A stretch of 64,000 bases of DNA, from contig JALNZC010000018.1 of NCBI GenBank assembly GCA_023229525.1, forward strand, positions 4,242 through 68,241. The letters are read 5' to 3'. The notes below the pieces were generated by a model, which saw only the letters and a program-made list of their open reading frames with translations, had not been told where the DNA came from and searched no databases. The stretch is from Bacteroidales bacterium (GTDB lineage: Bacteria; Bacteroidota; Bacteroidia; Bacteroidales; FEN-979). Shown in pieces: positions 54,701-63,648 of the stretch; within the stretch, counting starts at the first letter, position 1, and each line of letters opens with the position of its first letter. The translations under genes and the position numbers were made by a program.

Positions 54701-55116
54701 GGCATGACCGTTCCGCCGAACCAGCTTTTCGGGAAGGAGTGTTCGCGGCTGTAACAGTCGCCTTCATGAGAGGCATTACCACACTGGTCTGTGATAAAAG
54801 TATAGATATAGGGTGGATTTCCGTTGGGTGTTCCATTTGGGATATCGGAATAGATATCCCATACGGTGCCATTGGGTTTGTCGTCGGTCGTCTGGAAGGC
54901 CGTCCAGATATAATCGTAACTCTTCGCGGTGTGGTTTTTAATGATGTCGTGCAACGCCTGTTGCAAGGGTGTTCTTGTAAGGCCGATGGCTGAAGTGTAG
55001 TATCCGGGAGGGATCTGGGCAATTCCTGCCTGAAACCCAACAAGAAGTAAAAAGGATAATACCAGGGTACGATACAATCTGCGACTCAGACCTGGTTTTT
55101 TATTGTATGTATACAA
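51709..55116 (-). CDS. extracellular endonuclease I-family nuclease with Fn3-like, lamin-tail (LTD)-like and beta-helix-like regions and a T9SS sorting domain
   Basis: 1135 aa, paralogous to 49221-51500 over aa ~35-395 (YSREHSFPKSWFGG, VFEPRDEYKGDIAR, NRNPFIDHPE). LTD-like GDIIISQYYEGTSYNKWIEITNLG. Cys-to-Cys module at aa 971-1028, and C-terminal IKVYPNPTSGICNL...GMYIIHV. Confidence 0.85.
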   Translation of the reverse strand: MYTYNKKPGLSRRLYRTLVLSFLLLVGFQAGIAQIPPGYYTSAIGLTRTPLQQALHDIIKNHTAKSYDYIWTAFQTTDDKPNGTVWDIYSDIPNGTPNGNPPYIYTFITDQCGNASHEGDCYSREHSFPKSWFGGTVMPMYTDLFHIYPVDQYVNNRHSDNPFGVVGTPDWTSLNGSKLGPCIAPGYTGTVFEPRDEYKGDIARSYFYMSVRYYTEDTGWPGSHMVTGSQLNPWALAMMIQWHQADPVSQKEIDRNNVIYNIQHNRNPFIDHPEYVAAIWSSAPIKPEPTNHATSFSSVAGPPAYSAVTLTWTDATGAILPDGYLIRGSATGFDAIEFPVNGTPVSDGGLNLNVAAGVQSCILTGLSSSTTYYFKIFSYTNSGSAIAYKTDGTVPTTSATTSSGTGSGDIIISQYYEGTSYNKWIEITNLGPDVDLAAHPVYLLQIAGSGPKDVTITNPNLCALLNTGIFTSGSSRLARNTSAVIPVYAVADYTNGNLTFNGAYDAIFLSTSPSTVAPIAWDARTDVVGEVIDNLTTSYNIADMSLYRRNNISSGSTVWAMSDWIQLTNIAVDTAATGTPERLGYHGFNYFSKPTGNLDNLLNWGASADGSGTNPAAFNFINQVFTIQNRSTATLGNNWSVPGTGSKVILGNGVTGTSFNSGNYNIYLPALDIRAGSVFTVDTGSILTVSGTATMDGPECLTIRNGGTFNNIGTVIVSKDLINENSTQVSFGTGTIDLNGIIRQHISGQNTFHHLTVNSESGVSFTGNTRVEGTLSLIHGRIQLNGNSFFMGPVATIDGAPSADAMVVISGSEQLLKEFPPGFTGSFIFPVGDTTGNAEYSPVTLNFTQGTFAPGNFAGVSVINEKYPDPGITGNYLNRYWTISGTGISGFNCNATFHYVPVDVTGSEYLISGTRVSPEPWVTYGLTNTTAHQLFTGGITGFGSFTGLKSDTPPQNQELANINVINGENTCYDATQNLMVAGNGNLFVVDSGGFVTMIAGNIISLLPGVLVNSGGYFHGYITESGNFCSNPLSPVVSNPLNNKPVLSDPSILSNEPVIKVYPNPTSGICNLITSHQEFQSEIQLTIYNMTGKTILQQLFNGKAIHQFSLENQPTGMYIIHVNTGTTSTTCKIQKN

Positions 55117-55176
55117 GGGTTATCTTATTACGCCACTGAATGCCAGGGCGGGCAAAGATACAAAAAAAGTGAACGA

Positions 55177-55217
55177 GTCACGGGTTGCGGGTTGCGAGTT
55201 ACGGGTTATGGGTTGCA
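55177..55217 (+). repeat. family H heptamer/octamer units (cgggttg / gggttac / gggttat)
   Basis: gtcacgggttgcgggttgcgagttacgggttatgggttgcag. A related caagttgcaagttgcgggtg occurs at 63649-63670. Confidence 0.7.
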
Positions 55218-55228
55218 GTAATATTATT

Positions 55229-55483
55229 TCACTCCTCAATCTCGTCGTTTTCCGCTTCCTCTTTCTTCTTCCTGCTTTTGTAGAGTTTCCGTCCGCCATA
55301 TCCTGCTCCAAGAGCAAGGAGGATGCCCAGCCCGCCATCGATAGGGGCTCCGGCGGGCGCTTGGTTGGTGGTTTCTCCGTGGTGTGAGGGTGGATCGGGC
55401 GGATTGGCTTTGATTGGTTTGGAAACTAAGATCGCACATACGATCAGGGATACAAGTGCCAGGAATTTAATAATATTTTTCAT
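55229..55483 (-). CDS. 84-aa secreted protein with a C-terminal tripartite (motif-TM-basic) sorting-signal-like tail
   Basis: Signal peptide MKNIIKFLALVSLIVCAILV, a Pro-rich 28-aa middle, then PIDGG-LGILLALGAGYGG-RKLYKSRKKK and an acidic end EEAENDEIEE. Confidence 0.55.
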   Translation of the reverse strand: MKNIIKFLALVSLIVCAILVSKPIKANPPDPPSHHGETTNQAPAGAPIDGGLGILLALGAGYGGRKLYKSRKKKEEAENDEIEE

Positions 55484-55520
55484 ATTTTTTTGATTTTTAT
55501 GTTGTTACTCTCGCTGTTTC

Positions 55521-58500
55521 TTACCGGATGAATATTTTACCTGAATATGCTTTCTGATCGGTGATCACCTTCACCAGGTAATACCCCGTGGTAGCATGGA
55601 GGTTGATCTTCGTCAGGGCGCCTTCACTGAGCTTCGTCTGCATCATCTGCTGTCCCATGAGGTTATAGACCAACACTTCACCTTTAAGGAAAACGCCTGT
55701 ATTGTTGGAGATGTAAAGGGTGTTGTTCGATGAGTAAATCCTGAAAGGGCTATTGCCATCAATTTCATTAACTCCATTGGGAGCGCCAAAATGGACATTG
55801 AAGCGTTTCGGATTATCTCCTTCCGATGAGTTGAAAGTATAAACCGGGTTTTTTCTTAAATCCTGCGTTATGTTAGTTTTGGTATCCTCCAGTGAAATTG
55901 CTACATCATTCGGAAAATTGTCCAGTTTTGTTACCACGATCGAATAATTGTTTGATGCTCCTTTAATAAATTCGAGGGGGACTACCCGGCTGGTCGTCAA
56001 TGCCGGGAAGGTATTGAGCGACAGCTGGGTATTATCGGTCAGATATGAACACATCTGGGGTACAACCGAAGCGCCCGGTAAGAACGGAGAATCGTATTGC
56101 GGATCAAATCCTTCGGTGGCATGGTCGTTAAAACGGATAATATTTTCCTGGTAAGTCGTGTTTTCAGCGCTTTGTGCGGTAAGCATCAACAATGCATCGC
56201 CGGTACTTTTATACCAGGTTGAACTGTGCGTTTTGGCTGAAGCAGGAATGGTGAGGGAGTTGGTACCGCTGCTGACCTGCATAAAGAAGGCATTCATGGC
56301 CGGAATAACGCCGCCATCGCTGATATCGGAATAAGAACGGCCGCCATTTAACACTTTTCCGGAGGCAGTGCTTACATATCCTAAATCAGACATTCCGGCG
56401 CTATTCCATGTAATTCCGCATGGGAAAGGATTTGGGATGAGGTGCCAGCCGATACCTTGAAGAGGGGTATAGGATACATTTGCGATTGTATTGTTTGCAT
56501 TAGTAAGTGCTCCTGTGAAATATTTGGTTGCTGTTGTCTGATAAGAGCACATATATCCACGGTCGATACCGAAATCAAAATTTCCGGCAATCCAGTTTAT
56601 CCATAAGTTCTGGCTTTCATCAAACCAATAGAGATCGTCAGAACCGGAAGTCGGTTCAAATGTCGATCCCAACACGGTAAAGCTGCTCACCGGGCAGGCC
56701 AGCAAGTGCCAACCAGTGTTGTCGCCGGTGTAACCGGTAACATAACGTTCAACTGTGGCATTCACACCGCCGGTATTGTGGATCAATGAACCGGTGCCGG
56801 TGACATCGGATTTTACAACCATTCCGGAGTTTCCGGCGGAGTTGGTAAATGTCCCACCTAAAGTTAAGGCTTTCCCGGCATCAATGGTTAAACTTGCACC
56901 GGTATTGATAGTTAAATCGTTGCAAACTGCCGGTGTGCCTGAAGCTGAAGTTACATGAGGCTGATTTGCAGCCCTGGAATTAACAACTACATTATCCGAC
57001 CCTATTGGTATTGATCCATTATCCCAGTTAGATGAAGTAGCCCAATCGGTCGAAGAACCTCCCAGCCATCTCCCGGCTTCCGAACCTTCAAAAGCGCCAA
57101 CATCAGGAGGATTGGAACGTGTAGCCCCTTCATAATCAGTGGTAATGCCCGGGATATTGGTTCCGATCAGGTAACTACCGGTTGTGGGTTTTAAGTTGGT
57201 GGCAGAAGTAAAATTTGGATTGGTGCTGTAAGAGTTGGCGTCCTGAGAAGTTGCGGTTTTCCATGCGGCTAAATCAGCCTGTGCAGAACCAAGATATCCA
57301 ATATACTCGGTTACATCTGATTGATTTGTAAAATAATAATCGTTATAATTTATATTTGTATATGTAGTATTCGCAGAACCGGAATAGATTACATAAATTT
57401 CATTAGCCATTGTTGAACCCGAATATGCGCCCATCGAGTTTTGCAGTGCATTATTTCTTATATCCAAACTTGTAATACCAGACGTGACACCGATACAAGT
57501 ACTCATTCCGTCATACGATGCACTTTGTCCGAGTGTATTTCCAAATAAATAAATGGAGTTGTAGTATATTTTACAGTTACCACCCGAAGCAATATATATA
57601 CCTTGAGGGCTATATCCAATACCGGTTGCATCACCATCTCCTTTTATATTATATATTATATTATTCGATATATCAGTTTCGGTTGTTGCATCAGAAACAT
57701 AATAAATTCCGAAGCATCCATATCCACTTGTGCCTGTATAATAAAAGTCGTGTATGGAGTTTCTGCGAATTTTTGTGTTAATAGAAGATGTTGAAATATA
57801 AATACCTGCCTGGGAATAATTGCTGTTTCCGGTAACATCGCCATAAATTTCATTGCCCTCGATCAGTGAATTATCAGCCAGGGTAGTGGTTATTGCACGG
57901 TATTTCGAATATACCTTACAATTTTTAATGGTATTATCGTTTGCAGTATTACTTAATGCAATGGCACTGTTCAATGTTCCGGTATTACTGTTTGAGAGTG
58001 TCAGGTATTGACCGCTTCCGCCGTAATTACCATCAATGGTAACCCGGTCGGCACCGTTTAGACGGATTAAGCCACCTGCATAACTTCCGGATATTGTTTT
58101 GTTTACCGCTTCACTTGGCTGGATGGTCAGCGTGTAATTGCCTGCGCCGGATTCGGCCCATTGATTCAAAGCATTGGCACCATCTTCAGTTAAGTCACTG
58201 ATGATGGTCACCGTTAAATTACTTCCCAAACCAAAGGCATTGATATCAGCAAACAATCCGGTTACACCGGTAAGTGAAGTATAGTCAGCTCCGGTATTAC
58301 CCACTGTTTTGGCGCCAGTTAATGCAGCTTTGATTGTGCGGTTTTCTGGAGGAGCCTGAACTGTTGGAGTATAAGGATTTCCTCCAACAGTTATCGAATT
58401 GCATTCTCCGTCAACCACATTATCTATAGTGGCTCCTGAAGCAATATCATAAGTCAGCCAGAAATAATTTGTACCTGAAGACAACGTATAGGGTAAATTT

Positions 58501-61500
58501 GTTCCGCTATTAACAGTAAACGGACCGGAAGGTGCGGTTACTGTTGAACCGATCTGTGAAGTAGCTGCAAAAACACTGCTTGTTCCTGTTGTCCATAGTT
58601 TTGCATTAGAAATATCACCGGGAGCAGTTGATCCGTTCGTATTAAATGTAAATGAAGTAACGGTTAATGGATTCGCTGAATTGGCAGTAACAATCTGAAC
58701 CCCAATTATTTCCTGATTGGCTGAACCTGTAAGTACAAATGCCGTATTGGTTTGGGTGGTCGTACTTGAAGTATAAACCATATCCGGCGCTTCGTTTATA
58801 ATAACATCGTCAAGCCAAACGTCGGCATTACCATAACCTGCAGTAATTTTAAATGATAATTTGAAATTAGAAATTTTATAAGAGACCGGAATAGGTAATG
58901 TAACAGAAGTCCAGCTGGTATTGGACCCTGTGTAAGAATATGAAGCCAATTCTGTCCATACAGATCCATCATAACCCATAACTTTTAATGATCCGTTCCA
59001 TGAAGTATAAGGATAGGCGTATGAGAAAATAGCCTGAGGAAAATTTGAAGTTGATAAATCTATTGTTGGGGATTGCAATTCATCCACCTGTCCGGCAGTT
59101 GCATTATAATCGTTATAATGAGCTACATAATTTCCGCTTACCGGACCTGCAGGTTTGTTGGTGCCGCTTACACTTCCGGGAGCGCTCCATGTGCCGGCAG
59201 AATAAGTAGCCTGATCCCACACTTTATCTGTTGATCCAACACCGTTTACATTTGTCCAACCGGCAGGAGAAGGAGGTGTGCCACTCCATGTTCCATCAAA
59301 GTTCTCTAAAAAATATGCACAGGATATTGTTCCCGAAACAGCCTGCGTCAATGACCCGCCATCAGCCTGGATTTTAAACGTTTCCACCTTATTGTATTGT
59401 AAATCCGTCCATGTATTTGTACCGGTTGCTAAGGATTGTGTTAATCCTGCAATAGAAGATAAAGTCCCTGTTCCGGTATTTCTGGCAATTGTTACCGAAG
59501 CTGTATTATCTATATCAACATTTCCATTGGCATCCGTTGCATTAACGGTTGCGCTGAAGTTGGAATTGATCAATACACTCGCCGGTACACCACTGAAAAC
59601 CAATTTGGTAGCAGTAACGGTAATAGTATGTTCATTTGATGTAACAACGGCGCCGAAATCAGCGGCAAATAATGAGCCAGAGCCATCAGCAGTAAAACCA
59701 TGACCCGTGGCAGGTATTGTAAACTGAAGTTTCTTATTATCCTCTATGCCTGAGGTTTTCAGATAAACCGACATTGTTATCGATGTACTGCTTGCATCAG
59801 GAACATTCAGGTTACCCGCAGTAACAGGTATGTCAATATACGATGTAGTGATAGTCGGTGTTCCTATCGTTATATCACTTGAGCCATCATTAAGTTTTAA
59901 TCCGGCAATATTAGCTGTCCAACTGGCCCCATTGGCCGGATTGGCATTCTGGATGCGGATATTGGTTACTATTGTTGGCAAGCCGTCGCCAGAACCCATA
60001 TCGGTAATTTTAAAACGGAATACTTCCACGACAGCGCCTATTGTAGTAACGGTAGAAGCGATGGTTGTCCCGCTTATTTGCGTTGTTGGCGCTTCCGCTA
60101 TTGAGGTTTGGTCGTTTAACACGAATTCGTCAGCGCCGATATCGGGTGGTGTGCCACGGATAGCGCCGTCAATGTCTGTTGTAATATCCAGTGCATCTCC
60201 ATTGGCTGTTGAAATGGTAACTCCGGCGCCATTCAAATCGGAACTTGTGGAATGCAAATCGGTAGCAGATGCAAACTGAGGGTTTGCTGATTTTGAATTT
60301 GCATCCTGAGACGTAGCTGTTCGCCAATCTGAAAGCGCTGCACGGTCGGCAGTATAATAACCAACAAATCCGTTTCCGGTATTGGGAATATAATAATCGT
60401 TATAGTCTGTCGTATTTATTGTTCCCGATGATCCTTGTCTCATTATGCCGTAATGTTTTGGTGTACCGGTTTGGGTAGCGGTAACATTGGCAAATACATT
60501 ATCTCTAAACCTCATTGTATTTGCTGTACCGCCCGTGCTTATGATACACGCGCTGTTAATAAAGGTACTCCCTTCAATTCTGATGCTGTTATAGTACACG
60601 TTGGAAGTTCCGGAAGTAACACCCATTGCGATTCCTGTTGCCTGAATAACGCTGGAAGGTACACTCGTGGTTGCTGTTGTTTGTCCAGTTGTAATTCCAA
60701 AAATAAAATTATTATATACATTTACAGTTGAACTTGCCGCAACATCAAGCCTCATACCCGATGCAAGATAGTTTGCTGTTGAAGACGATGTACTGGAACC
60801 AGTTACAGGTCCAATTTTATTGTTATAAATTGCAGATGTTCCATAAGAGTTTTCAAGAAAAATACCTGCAAATTTATTGCTTGATGAAGTGCATGTTATA
60901 TTTCTTACAGTGGTGTTAAATATCTTAACCCCACTTTGATAAGTTACCCTGATACCATAAACAGAAGAAGATCCATTACCTATATCATTGGCAGAGGAAG
61001 ACCCAATGGTTGTGGTTCCACTTCCCGTTATTCCAACTTCACACCCTGCATCATAATACGTTGAAGAAGAGGCCCTTAAGTAAATCCCCGCATAAACATT
61101 TTCAATCGTAATGTTGTAATACTTATTGTTGTTATTATTTCCTGTGGATTGGTTAGTGGGTGTTGTGGCTGTATATTGATAAATCCCAACCGAAGAGGTA
61201 TTTGACCTGTTTAGCGTTATTTTGCTATTTTTAATTGTATTATTCTGTGCCCCGTTGGTTGCAGTAAGATTGTAGAGGTAATATCCATATTCAACAGCCG
61301 AACTTGTGGCAATTGTAATATCAATTCCATCGAATGTAATGTAATCGCCACCGGCAATTTTAATTCCTGCATCGGTTGTTCCGGTACCTCCTGTTGGTTT
61401 AATTACAGGGTTTGCACCTGAACCGGATTTTTGGAAAACAACCGGATTGCCCAAGGTACCGGTTGCAGTTATTGCAGGACAGTCTTCCGTTGAAACAAAA

Positions 61501-62276
61501 TCAGCATCCACATTAAAAGTTATACCGCCCGTCCCTACTCCGGCGTCGTTCAGTGCATTGATTGCAGCCGTAAATGTGGCATAGTCTCCACCGGATGATT
61601 TAATGGTCTTTATACCAGTGAGCGGAACAGGGGTCTCATCCACAACAAATTTATCAAGCCAGATATCGTAGCTTCCATATGTAGCAGTCACTTCAATTCC
61701 AAAACGTGCATTGGAAACTTTATATGTCTCTGAAATAGAAATAGCTATTTTAGTCCAGGCTACCCCTGGTTTTGTAATTGTCTGAATATCACTCCATGTA
61801 GAACCTCCATCATTTGAACCCCGGAGTTTTAATGTAAGTGAACTGGATGCATTTAATGCAAGATAAAATGTTACTCTTGGATTTGTTGAAGAAGACAGAT
61901 CAATATCTCCGGTTGTCAACTGGTCTTTCTGCGTAGCCTTGGCGTTATAATCATCATACCACGCAACAGAACTTCCGTCATATGCTCCCGTTGGCGTTGT
62001 AGGCGTTCCATGTCCTGCAGGGGACCATGCACTCCCAGACCAGGTGTTTTTAACCCAGTATATCGGATCAGTTCCGGAAGTTCCCCCTGTTGCAGTGGTG
62101 TGAATAATTGACCATCCTGAAGGAGCCGCCGGAGTGCCACTCCAAGCACCTTCAAAACTTTCACTGAGATATGTTTGCCCCGATGATCTTTGGGCAAAGA
62201 GAATTGCCATGAACAGCAGAAATCCGATAAGTAAATTTGACTTTCTCATAATATTAAATTTAGGTTGTTTTTTCAA
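55521..62276 (-). CDS. giant (2251 aa) T9SS-sorted surface protein with two tandem [MAM/choice-of-anchor-J-like + parallel beta-helix] halves
   Basis: Signal peptide. SFEGAWSGTPAAPSGWS (aa ~40) and FLENFDGTWSGTPPSPAGWT (aa ~950). PbH1-like repeats (NNTIKNSKI, NDNTIKNCKV, IRRNSIHD). Duplicated ATSQDANS(K/Y)S(A/T)NP blocks. C-terminal sorting domain (LVYNLMGQQM...GYYLVKVITD). Confidence 0.85.
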   Translation of the reverse strand: MKKQPKFNIMRKSNLLIGFLLFMAILFAQRSSGQTYLSESFEGAWSGTPAAPSGWSIIHTTATGGTSGTDPIYWVKNTWSGSAWSPAGHGTPTTPTGAYDGSSVAWYDDYNAKATQKDQLTTGDIDLSSSTNPRVTFYLALNASSSLTLKLRGSNDGGSTWSDIQTITKPGVAWTKIAISISETYKVSNARFGIEVTATYGSYDIWLDKFVVDETPVPLTGIKTIKSSGGDYATFTAAINALNDAGVGTGGITFNVDADFVSTEDCPAITATGTLGNPVVFQKSGSGANPVIKPTGGTGTTDAGIKIAGGDYITFDGIDITIATSSAVEYGYYLYNLTATNGAQNNTIKNSKITLNRSNTSSVGIYQYTATTPTNQSTGNNNNNKYYNITIENVYAGIYLRASSSTYYDAGCEVGITGSGTTTIGSSSANDIGNGSSSVYGIRVTYQSGVKIFNTTVRNITCTSSSNKFAGIFLENSYGTSAIYNNKIGPVTGSSTSSSTANYLASGMRLDVAASSTVNVYNNFIFGITTGQTTATTSVPSSVIQATGIAMGVTSGTSNVYYNSIRIEGSTFINSACIISTGGTANTMRFRDNVFANVTATQTGTPKHYGIMRQGSSGTINTTDYNDYYIPNTGNGFVGYYTADRAALSDWRTATSQDANSKSANPQFASATDLHSTSSDLNGAGVTISTANGDALDITTDIDGAIRGTPPDIGADEFVLNDQTSIAEAPTTQISGTTIASTVTTIGAVVEVFRFKITDMGSGDGLPTIVTNIRIQNANPANGASWTANIAGLKLNDGSSDITIGTPTITTSYIDIPVTAGNLNVPDASSTSITMSVYLKTSGIEDNKKLQFTIPATGHGFTADGSGSLFAADFGAVVTSNEHTITVTATKLVFSGVPASVLINSNFSATVNATDANGNVDIDNTASVTIARNTGTGTLSSIAGLTQSLATGTNTWTDLQYNKVETFKIQADGGSLTQAVSGTISCAYFLENFDGTWSGTPPSPAGWTNVNGVGSTDKVWDQATYSAGTWSAPGSVSGTNKPAGPVSGNYVAHYNDYNATAGQVDELQSPTIDLSTSNFPQAIFSYAYPYTSWNGSLKVMGYDGSVWTELASYSYTGSNTSWTSVTLPIPVSYKISNFKLSFKITAGYGNADVWLDDVIINEAPDMVYTSSTTTQTNTAFVLTGSANQEIIGVQIVTANSANPLTVTSFTFNTNGSTAPGDISNAKLWTTGTSSVFAATSQIGSTVTAPSGPFTVNSGTNLPYTLSSGTNYFWLTYDIASGATIDNVVDGECNSITVGGNPYTPTVQAPPENRTIKAALTGAKTVGNTGADYTSLTGVTGLFADINAFGLGSNLTVTIISDLTEDGANALNQWAESGAGNYTLTIQPSEAVNKTISGSYAGGLIRLNGADRVTIDGNYGGSGQYLTLSNSNTGTLNSAIALSNTANDNTIKNCKVYSKYRAITTTLADNSLIEGNEIYGDVTGNSNYSQAGIYISTSSINTKIRRNSIHDFYYTGTSGYGCFGIYYVSDATTETDISNNIIYNIKGDGDATGIGYSPQGIYIASGGNCKIYYNSIYLFGNTLGQSASYDGMSTCIGVTSGITSLDIRNNALQNSMGAYSGSTMANEIYVIYSGSANTTYTNINYNDYYFTNQSDVTEYIGYLGSAQADLAAWKTATSQDANSYSTNPNFTSATNLKPTTGSYLIGTNIPGITTDYEGATRSNPPDVGAFEGSEAGRWLGGSSTDWATSSNWDNGSIPIGSDNVVVNSRAANQPHVTSASGTPAVCNDLTINTGASLTIDAGKALTLGGTFTNSAGNSGMVVKSDVTGTGSLIHNTGGVNATVERYVTGYTGDNTGWHLLACPVSSFTVLGSTFEPTSGSDDLYWFDESQNLWINWIAGNFDFGIDRGYMCSYQTTATKYFTGALTNANNTIANVSYTPLQGIGWHLIPNPFPCGITWNSAGMSDLGYVSTASGKVLNGGRSYSDISDGGVIPAMNAFFMQVSSGTNSLTIPASAKTHSSTWYKSTGDALLMLTAQSAENTTYQENIIRFNDHATEGFDPQYDSPFLPGASVVPQMCSYLTDNTQLSLNTFPALTTSRVVPLEFIKGASNNYSIVVTKLDNFPNDVAISLEDTKTNITQDLRKNPVYTFNSSEGDNPKRFNVHFGAPNGVNEIDGNSPFRIYSSNNTLYISNNTGVFLKGEVLVYNLMGQQMMQTKLSEGALTKINLHATTGYYLVKVITDQKAYSGKIFIR

Positions 62277-62420
62277 TAAAAAGCATTCACAGCCGTCGCC
62301 TCAACAGCACGATTATAATATATTAATAGCTGGATATAAGGAATAATAGTTATTTCAATGTAATGCAACAGATAAATAAGTAACAATAATAAATGTATAG
62401 CCTATTGTTGCCAAATTTAT

Positions 62421-62448
62421 CTGGTACGGATTCGTGAATCCGTACCAG
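62421..62448. promoter_or_regulatory. perfect 13-bp inverted repeat (ctggtacggattc-gt-gaatccgtaccag); candidate operator or hairpin
   Basis: Read directly. Lies in the 192-nt divergent spacer, 20 nt upstream of the AraC-type gene ATG (62469) and 145 nt from the giant gene start. Confidence 0.5.
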
Positions 62449-62468
62449 AGATTTATTATCTTTACCAT

Positions 62469-63647
62469 ATGGAACTATTCATTAAAATTCTCTACGTGCT
62501 TCCAATCTATCAATCGGCGATTCTTGCTATTTTATTATTTACTTCCGGCAGTCGTGAAAGTTGCTGTTCGAAGCTGATCATGGGTGCATTTCTTTCCACC
62601 ACCGGTATCTATTTTTCCTTCAATTTGTTGTACAGCTTAAGTAGTTTTGATTTGCTGAAGAAACTCTATTTTCTGATCCTTCCCATTATCCTGGCCTTTA
62701 TACCCTTATTTTATCTCTACCTGGAATCCATTACCACTCCGGGTTTTCATTTCCGGAAGAAGCAGTTATGGCATTTTTTACCTGCAGCCATTTTTTTTAT
62801 TTTAATGAGTCCCTATTTCTTTGCCACGGAACATGAAAAATATTTGTATATCAACCATGATTTCATACGACCGGGCATGAGTCCGGTCATACTATACCTT
62901 CTTATTGTTTACATTAGTGGAACTTACCTTGTGTCCAACCTGCAACTCGGATATTACGTATACAGGTCCCTACAACTTTTTCACCGGCACAAGATCTATA
63001 TTGTCAACCGTTTCTCTTATACCGAAAACATTCACCTTGACTGGATCAAGTCGTTGATATTTTGCTTTGTCGTTTTTTTTCTGATCAATGAATTGCTTTA
63101 TATCACTGGTATAAAGCAACATCTTTTTTCAGGGATTTTTTATAATGTATCCATGCTGGGGGTTATTCTTTTCGCCGGGTATCATGGGATGGAGCAAAAG
63201 AACCTTGAGAAGGAAGAGAAGGAAGAAACAGAAATACAAGCGGAGATATCTGCAGAAGTTCCGGAAAAGATCAAATATTCAGGTTCATCTCTTACGGTTG
63301 CACAGAAAAAGGCGCTTATCGCGAAGCTTGAGTTACTGATCCTGGATGAGAAAATCTATACTAACAAAGAACTGAGCATTGAAGATGTCGCTCAACGCCT
63401 GGAGACCAATTCAAAATATATTTCACAGATACTGAATGAGCATTACCAGAAAAATTTCTTTACTTATATTAATACTTACCGCGTTGAAGAAGCACAGCGT
63501 TTATTGTCGTCCGACAAAACCCGGAAATACTCCATTCTCGGCATTGCGCAGATGGCCGGGTTTACTTCCAAATCATCGTTTTATGAAGCATTTAAAAATA
63601 TTACAGGAACAACGCCCAATGAGTTCAGGAAGAAATTAAAGTGCTAA
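62469..63647 (+). CDS. AraC-family transcriptional regulator with an N-terminal multi-TM sensor-like domain
   Basis: 392 aa. About 6-7 TM segments (aa 1-235), an acidic linker, and a C-terminal AraC HTH (SIEDVAQRL...YINTYRVEEAQRLL...IAQMAGFTSKSSFYEAFKNITGTTPNEFR). Confidence 0.85.
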   Translation: MELFIKILYVLPIYQSAILAILLFTSGSRESCCSKLIMGAFLSTTGIYFSFNLLYSLSSFDLLKKLYFLILPIILAFIPLFYLYLESITTPGFHFRKKQLWHFLPAAIFFILMSPYFFATEHEKYLYINHDFIRPGMSPVILYLLIVYISGTYLVSNLQLGYYVYRSLQLFHRHKIYIVNRFSYTENIHLDWIKSLIFCFVVFFLINELLYITGIKQHLFSGIFYNVSMLGVILFAGYHGMEQKNLEKEEKEETEIQAEISAEVPEKIKYSGSSLTVAQKKALIAKLELLILDEKIYTNKELSIEDVAQRLETNSKYISQILNEHYQKNFFTYINTYRVEEAQRLLSSDKTRKYSILGIAQMAGFTSKSSFYEAFKNITGTTPNEFRKKLKC

Positions 63648-63648
63648 T

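Noticed and set aside
55177-55217. GGGTTGC/GGGTTAC/GGGTTAT units resembling telomere-type repeats.
   Set aside because: There are only about five degenerate units, internal to a bacterial gene cluster. They fit the local pattern of short tandem families rather than any telomere function.
55103-55439. ORFs 55103-55387(+), 55120-55338(-) and 55236-55439(-), which overlap the 84-aa gene region.
   Set aside because: The frame 55229-55483(-) uniquely gives a signal peptide plus a TM/basic tail. The others have no features and overlap the family H array.
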